Of a stretch of DNA of 64,000 bases, positions 57,624 to 64,000 are shown one piece after another. Under the pieces are notes generated by a model, which did not search any database, had not been told where the DNA came from, and saw nothing but the letters and a program-made list of their open reading frames with translations. The position numbers and the translations under genes were made by a program. The stretch lies in the NCBI RefSeq assembly GCF_006345805.1, contig NW_021832433.1, positions 62,001 through 126,000 on the forward strand, in the 5' to 3' direction. This DNA comes from Octopus sinensis. Taxonomy: Eukaryota. Every line of letters begins with the position of its first letter. Positions within the stretch are counted from its first letter, which is position 1.

Positions 57624-57629
<6 letters not shown>
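57160..57629. repeat. Long inverted repeat (190/189-bp arms, 91-bp spacer); probable Penelope-like element terminal remnant
   Basis: 57160-57349 is the reverse complement of 57441-57629, with about 6 substitutions and 1 indel by eye. The block 57010-57629 sits inside the (TA)n tract of a SINE. Confidence 0.9.
57196..57300 (-). ncRNA. Type I hammerhead ribozyme (Penelope-like-element type, minimal stem III)
   Basis: Minus strand: GGTTCCTTGTCTTTC-CTGAAGA(57285-57279)-GAAGAC...GTCTTC (stem II, extended by further pairing)-GAAA(57224-57221)-C-ATGT-G-TC(57214-57213)-GAGAGTAAAGGAA. Stem I pairs CTTTC/GAGAG, then a 2x2 internal loop, then TTCCTT/AAGGAA. All core nucleotides are present. Predicted cleavage is after C57213. 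Confidence 0.75.
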
Positions 57630-57673
<44 letters not shown>

Positions 57674-58604
57674 TACACATACATATATATGACAGTCTCC
57701 ATTTACCAGATCCACTCACAAGGCTTCGGTCAGCCCGAGTTTATAGTAGAAGACACCTGCCCAAGGTGTCACGCAGTTGGACTGAACCCGGAGCCATGTG
57801 GTTGGGAAGCAAGCTACTTAACACACAGAGACGCCTATATATACATGCACTCATGGCTGACTGGCGCGGTACCTTGTGTGTATGAAAATCAGTGTATATA
57901 AAATATGAAGATGAAAAATCGCATGAGGTTCAACGAGAGTAGAGTAGGTTGAGGCCGGCAGAGGCTGGACGTCAGACGCTTTTCGCTTCGTTCACAATGT
58001 GCTTTTTTTTTCAGTAAGAAAACACGATAGCATTGGTAAAGAAATTGGAATGGAATTGGCAAAATCTATCATCGTGATTGTAGCAGAGGAATTTGGTAAA
58101 ACGAACCAATCCTTAGAACAAGAAACATTTCCCCAGATGCAGGAAAAGATATTTATGAGAGTATAGATGGTGTGGTTGCTCATTTGGTGAGATGTCTATA
58201 TGAATAACAGATGGAAATAATATATTAACATATTGTGCATCGATTGCCTTAACATACATCGAACGTACTTCAATAAAGCGGAAATCGTAAGGCGGCGAGC
58301 TGGGAGAAACGTTAGCACGCTGGGCGAAATGCTTAGCAGTGTTTCGTCTGTTTTTATGTTCTGAGTTCAAATTCTGCCGAGGTCAACTTTGCCTTTTATC
58401 TCTAATTGAATGCCCCCCCCACACCTCTTCAAAAATTTCAGGCCTTGTGCCTAGAGTAGAAAATAATAAACCGGAAATTACCTTAAAAGGACCAAAGCCA
58501 TTTTTTTTTCAAAGCGCAGTTCAAGTCGAATGAGGTCGAAATTATGATGTCTAGTTGACATGTTCATAAAACGAATATACTGAAGTGGAAATTTATATGA
58601 AATA

Positions 58605-59080
58605 TATGTAAGGCGCACTCCAGAAGTTTTCAGACCTTCTCAAACGTCTGTAGAGAATTTTATTAATTTCAAGGAAGTACCAAAATAGGATCCTCTCAAT
58701 TCAATGCAACTGTTGTAGTGTTGCAGTCACTTCGTGGAGGTCCTGTAGAAGTCCGTCCAACGTGAAGATGTACAAGAACTTTGTCACAGCCTCCTTCATC
58801 TTTCCTTTCAGCCTGGGGAACAACATAAGTGAGAGGGAGCAAAATCTGGACTGTGTGGAACTAAGGAATAGTTTTGATTCCCGTCTCCGTTAATTAGTTT
58901 GGTTACCAGGATGGAACCACAGAATGGTACATTGTCCTGGTGCACGAGCTTTGGACTTTGCGACAAAATCTCTTCTTGAAGTCCCTGAAAACCTCCACGA
59001 AGAACACTTTCTTAACTGACTGACCAGACAGAACCTAGTGAATGTAGATTATATCCTTGCTATGAAAAAGGGTGGATGAT
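58605..59080 (-). mobile_element. Mariner transposon 3' remnant
   Basis: Minus strand encodes ...LQHYNSCIELRGSYF, the mariner C-terminal W.KCI...G.Y motif, followed by a TIR-like end. Confidence 0.45.
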
Positions 59081-59372
59081 CATGAGCTTCCGGGGGGGGG
59101 GGGACTTGCTTCGCCTGGCCCCATGTGTCAGCAAAAAAGAAGCACAACTCATGAATAACGAAAGGTGGCAGGTCAGCTTATTAAATGTATAGTAATGATA
59201 AACAAAAATTACAATGATATAGGTCAGTTATAATTGCCTGTCGCCCCAAAGTCTCACATCTTATGAGGTACTTTGTCTGTATGTCTCTCTGCTTGTCAGT
59301 CTATCAATCTGTCTCCCCGTCTGTCTATCTATCTGTCTATCATACTTACCTCTTTGTCTATCTACTCTACCC

Positions 59373-59405
<33 letters not shown>

Positions 59406-60258
59406 ACGGTTACGTATGTCATGTGTGGGGGTGTGTATTTTAGTAATCACCTCCAAATAGTCACCCAAATAAGTTTCATGGCGAAAGGCAGTCAGCTCTG
59501 TCATTCCAGTTTTTTTAGACATCGTGTCCCTAACACTACACTACCGACTGGGTCGTTTTCCTTGGACAGCATTGTGACCTGAAAAAGGGTTACTATCTGT
59601 GATTGCAAGATGGAACACTCAGTGTCATACATACCCACGATGCCAATGTGCCGTGTATTTGAATGTATTTTGGTTAGTATCCATTTGTAGTTATGTTTTG
59701 TTAATTCATTTTAACGACAATTTATTTCCATCACTAAGCAGACTACACATAACTGATGAGTTCACAAAAGAGGCGAACGCCTCCGCGCCTTCCTATTTAA
59801 TGTTAACAAAAACAAGATTTTCACAATGAAAGTGGAAATTGCTTTTACTTGAAGTTGCTTCATAATTTCTTAAAGTTATCGCAGCCTTACTTGGTGATTG
59901 GCTATCGATTCTACTTAGCTTTCTCTTTTATTTTTCTGACTAAAGGGCGAATTTTACAGAAAAATGTCTTTGTTTCTTGGAATACGTCATTCAGTGCAAC
60001 AGCTTCTCAATGAACTGCATTCAAGTATAACCTTGGGGCGAACAAACCCGTCTGAGAAAAATCAGGTAGGTTGAAAATATGCGATAGCTTATCGGGGACA
60101 CCCCCCCCCCCCAACACATCGTTAAATCCGTGTATGTACACACACATACAGACATGTGAATATATGTGTGTGTGTGTATGCATATATATATACACAAATA
60201 CACACATATGCATGTGTGTGTCTTTGTATACATGTATACATACATACATACATACATG

Positions 60259-60327
<69 letters not shown>

Positions 60328-60669
60328 CAGATGTGTTCTATAACTTGACTGAAACGAGTTCACACGAATTTTTTTTTGACAACTGCCATGGATACAGGAA
60401 AAACACAACCACATAATGACATTAGCATATATGAGAATTGCATATACTTATCAATTTATGTTTGCACACATACGCACACACACGTGTATGTATGTATGTA
60501 TATACGCGTGTGTAATTAATAAACACACAAGCAGGCATGTATATATATTCCCACGTATATCTGGAGATTCATGTATCTATGATATGAATACACGAATATA
60601 GATGTTCATATATGTACACACGCAGACACACACACACACATGGAATATATACTTGTGTACATATGCATT

Positions 60670-60715
<46 letters not shown>

Positions 60716-62289
60716 CATAAATACACGTGTGTTTATGCAGTGATGTATATATTCAGATGTATGCACACTCATACAACACACATACATGGTCTTCGGTTCT
60801 AGATTTCATCTCACTGCACGATTTTAGGATAGGTTGGCATTTGTAAATTGTGTGAAAAGATTTTAATGAGAAAAACCTGATAAGAGTTGATAATAATATA
60901 AGCAGAATATGGCTGGCGCATGGGTCGAGCTAATAGGAAACAAGGCTATTGGGTTGCATAACGAGAACGAGACAAATAGGAAGCGGAAGTGAGTGAGCTA
61001 TCGCTTCAGAGATTAGCAGTATGATACTGTTCATGAAATGCTCGTATCCGTTACCGTCGTTCAGAGGCACACGAAATCGTTAACGCAATTGCACAGACAT
61101 GTACAGAGACATCGTGTGTGTCTACATATATATCAAATACACAAACTAAGATTATATATAAATATATTTATACACGCATGTATATATACATATGTGTGTG
61201 TGTCATTCACAGACATATATTCACCGGATTTTGAGACGAGTTGAAATCAAAGGAGAACTCAGTACGTGACGTTAAAGTGCAATATATATAGTTGATTCTT
61301 AACGGAATTGTAATGTGACAATTAATCATCAGCTTAAAAAAGATAGACTGTTTTTAGTGTTCTTACGTATAAATACATACATACATACATGCATACATAC
61401 AGAAAGGGGTGACACAGACATATGTATGTGTATGTCATATATCGAGTGTTAAACTAATACATTTCTTTGTTGTTCATACATCTACCTTCGTTTTTTGTTT
61501 TTCTATAGATTTCAACTATTTATATATATGTGTATTTGTTTGTGTGTGAGTGTGTGCGTGTATATGGTATATACTGAAATGTTCACCTGTTTATTTCCTA
61601 TGTCAGATCAGCAATTCCTGGAGAACCCCGCCCCGCTCGTGGGATAGAAGCAGCTGTACATTTGTAGCATTTGGCATTGTAACTAAATTATATAAGTCAC
61701 ATCAGTGATTAATTAGTCAGCTTTGTGTACTTTTCATATTGTCTCGTCCCCTCGTTGAACAAGTGTGAACACAAACAGCCTACGTACATTTTTATCAGCA
61801 CAACGAATACTGGCGGAACATTCCCATCAGAATTTCTACGAATTAATATATAACATACCTGACGTACATATGTGGGAGCGAAAGGCAAACTCATTTAGAT
61901 CTAAACGTTACTTGCCCGGCAGAAATGAAATTCTTTAAAAATCAACAAGCAGAAAAATGTTTACGGATACCCGCTTCGAAAATTACAGCAATTCTACCCT
62001 GATATGAATTTACTTTTACACGAAAAGTTAGTTGTGGTTATGTTAGTAAATCTTTAAATGACAATCTGGAGAAGCTACAACTCACACGCGCTTTACAGAT
62101 ATAGTCTGTAAGTGGAACAATAAAAATGTGCAAGACTTTATTGAAATGCGCTGCTATCCAAATCCCAGGATTAAAGCTTTTGGTTATTCTGTTACAAACT
62201 AGCTTTCTCGTCATTCGAATAGATCTAAGAAATAAAAACAAGGCATACATACATATATATATATATGTATATATATCATATCTATATGA

Positions 62290-62502
62290 TTCAAAATGTG
62301 ACCGCTTGTGTACCGTTGGCGATTTTTTTCCTCCGTCTTACTTCCTCGGATCTTTCCTTTTCCTATGTTTCTGATGAAGAGCTCCGCTCGAAACATTAAG
62401 TCCTCCTTCTTTCTTTCCTTTGCTGAGCGTCCAATAACACTATACTTGTTCCATGTCCTCGCGTTGTTGTGTTTTCTCTTTGTCTTTTCATATTTGGATT
62501 AA
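62290..62502 (+). mobile_element. Short Penelope-like remnant carrying a degenerate minimal hammerhead
   Basis: GTTT-CTGATGA-A-GAGC-TCC-GCTC-GAAAC-AT-T-AAGT at 62367-62401; the element ends in AACTA followed by (TA)n. Confidence 0.5.
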
Positions 62503-63559
62503 CTATATATATATATATATATATATACAAACACACACACATACATAATCATGTGAGTCGTTTTATATTGTAATTTTGTGTAAACAGACCAGCACGGGTT
62601 GCCAATCGGTGGTGAGCGATAGACAGACGTACGAAGGGATTCTTTTGTCAGCCTGCGAGATTATATTAGAAGCGAGATTGAACGTAAGCCTCCATGGTTG
62701 GAAAACTAGCTCTTTAACAACATGGCCACACCTTACACATTTTCAACCTTTTTAGCTGCTCATTTGACGCATGAGAAATGTTTGGTTCGCGTACATTGGA
62801 TCGATTCTGGTTTAAAAAACAAAAACATTTTTTAGCAATACCTTAGAAGGAGTACCCCAGACGATTTAATATGAGAGCATTTTGAATTCTTATCTACAAA
62901 TATCCAGTGTTTTTCATGTTTTTTCTGCTGCCAACTGCTTGCATATGTTTGCCATTTTGGTAATATGGCTATCAAATTAATTCGCAGATTATGCACTGAA
63001 TGTGTCTGGAATCGACATCGTTCAAAAGACCGAGAGAGAAGTGTTTGAAGACTAGAAGCTGTCCTGCATTGAATTTCAGCTTATTTTTCATTAACCCATT
63101 TGTATTTGTAATCGTATATGCGATTGTGCTCCCTCTGAACGATTTTGACACCATCGGTACTTTTGAAAAACATACAGGCATAAGTGTGTGTGTGTGTGTT
63201 TCAATTAATTCGCTGCAATAAAAAGTTGCTAAAATAATTACAAGGATATTATTTCAGCACAAAATGAAAAGAAAAATTCCAAATCCTTAATTATTTTCCG
63301 AAGTAATTATTTTGATGTGATGTTTTAGATATTAACGCTACGTGCCGTATGGTTAAGAAATTCGCTCCACAACAATGCGATTTCGGGTTCGGTTACCATG
63401 CATGGAATCTTCGGAAATATCATTTTTTTTTTATCTATATCCTTTGGGAGATAATGGGTGGACGAAAACAGTACAGAATCCGTCAGTTGGATTCTGTTTG
63501 CAATTTAAAAGGTACAACCTTATTGCAGTCACTGCGACACGCCGATTCATTTCTACTCT

Positions 63560-63890
63560 AGGCACAAGGACCACAACTCGTACTTAATTTATCGACACCG
63601 AAAGGATGAAAGGTAAAGTCGATATCGGCGGAATTTGAACTCAGAACATAAGAAAGACGAAATACCTATTTCTTTATTATCCACAATGGGCTAAACATAG
63701 AGGGGACAAACAAGGACAGACAAACGGATTAAGTCGATTATATCGACCCTAGTGCGTAACTGGTACTTATTTAATCGACCCCGAAAGGATGAAAGGCAAA
63801 GTCGACCTCGGCAGAATTTGAACTCAGAACGTAGCGGCAGACGAAATACCGCAAAGCATTTCGCCCGGCGTACTAACGTTTCGCCGATTC
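63560..63890 (-). mobile_element. Composite SINE family A
   Basis: Same architecture and same junction (63666/63665) as 9610-9997. Confidence 0.8.
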
Positions 63891-64000
63891 TCTCAGAAAA
63901 TTACATTAAGCGTACCCATATTTGTGGCATATTTTTACGTGAATTCAAGGGCAGATAATTCAATTGATCGATCAACCGAATCCTCGTCCTCTAGGACGGA

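Larger units (their letters stand above)
56720..57836 (-). mobile_element. SINE family B copy split by a ~620-bp insertion in its internal (TA)n
   Basis: Tail half at 56720-56920, head half at 57690-57836; (TA)n flanks the insert on both sides. Confidence 0.75.

Noticed and set aside
59753-59785. CTGATGA...GAAC hammerhead-like string
   Set aside because: Stem II is mismatched, GAAA is incomplete, and there is no stem I or stem III.
61860-61901. Possible further fasciclin exon (FAPT in one frame, CAG|GTATGT donor)
   Set aside because: The context LPFAPTYVR does not fit the FAS1 H1 motif, and the upstream acceptor candidates give stops or only a 42-nt exon in a different frame.

Overview
AT-rich animal genomic DNA packed with repeats. 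The SINE families and the extreme (TA)n/(CA)n/(AAT)n/(GAT)n load point to an octopus or other coleoid cephalopod (inference). Nearly all ORFs in the supplied track are microsatellite artefacts. The only host coding feature I can support is one 148-bp internal exon on the minus strand (44592-44739) encoding the end of a FAS1 (fasciclin) domain, so most of the window is probably very large introns of a fasciclin-1-like cell-adhesion gene. The rest is three or more tRNA-derived SINE families, 5'-truncated R4/Dong-type restriction-endonuclease LINE fragments next to (TAA)n tracts, CR1/Jockey-like LINE remnants, and mariner remnants and MITEs. The most striking structure is at 57160-57629: a ~190-bp near-perfect inverted repeat. 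Its left arm encodes, on the minus (gene-sense) strand, a complete type I hammerhead ribozyme of the Penelope-like-element kind. The mirror copy has lost a core adenosine, and the 91-bp spacer was copied from a SINE about 600 bp away. Several decayed hammerhead-like motifs occur elsewhere. One SINE family appears to insert into itself at an identical site in two separate loci. Repeat boundaries were read by eye and are approximate; family names were not checked against any database.
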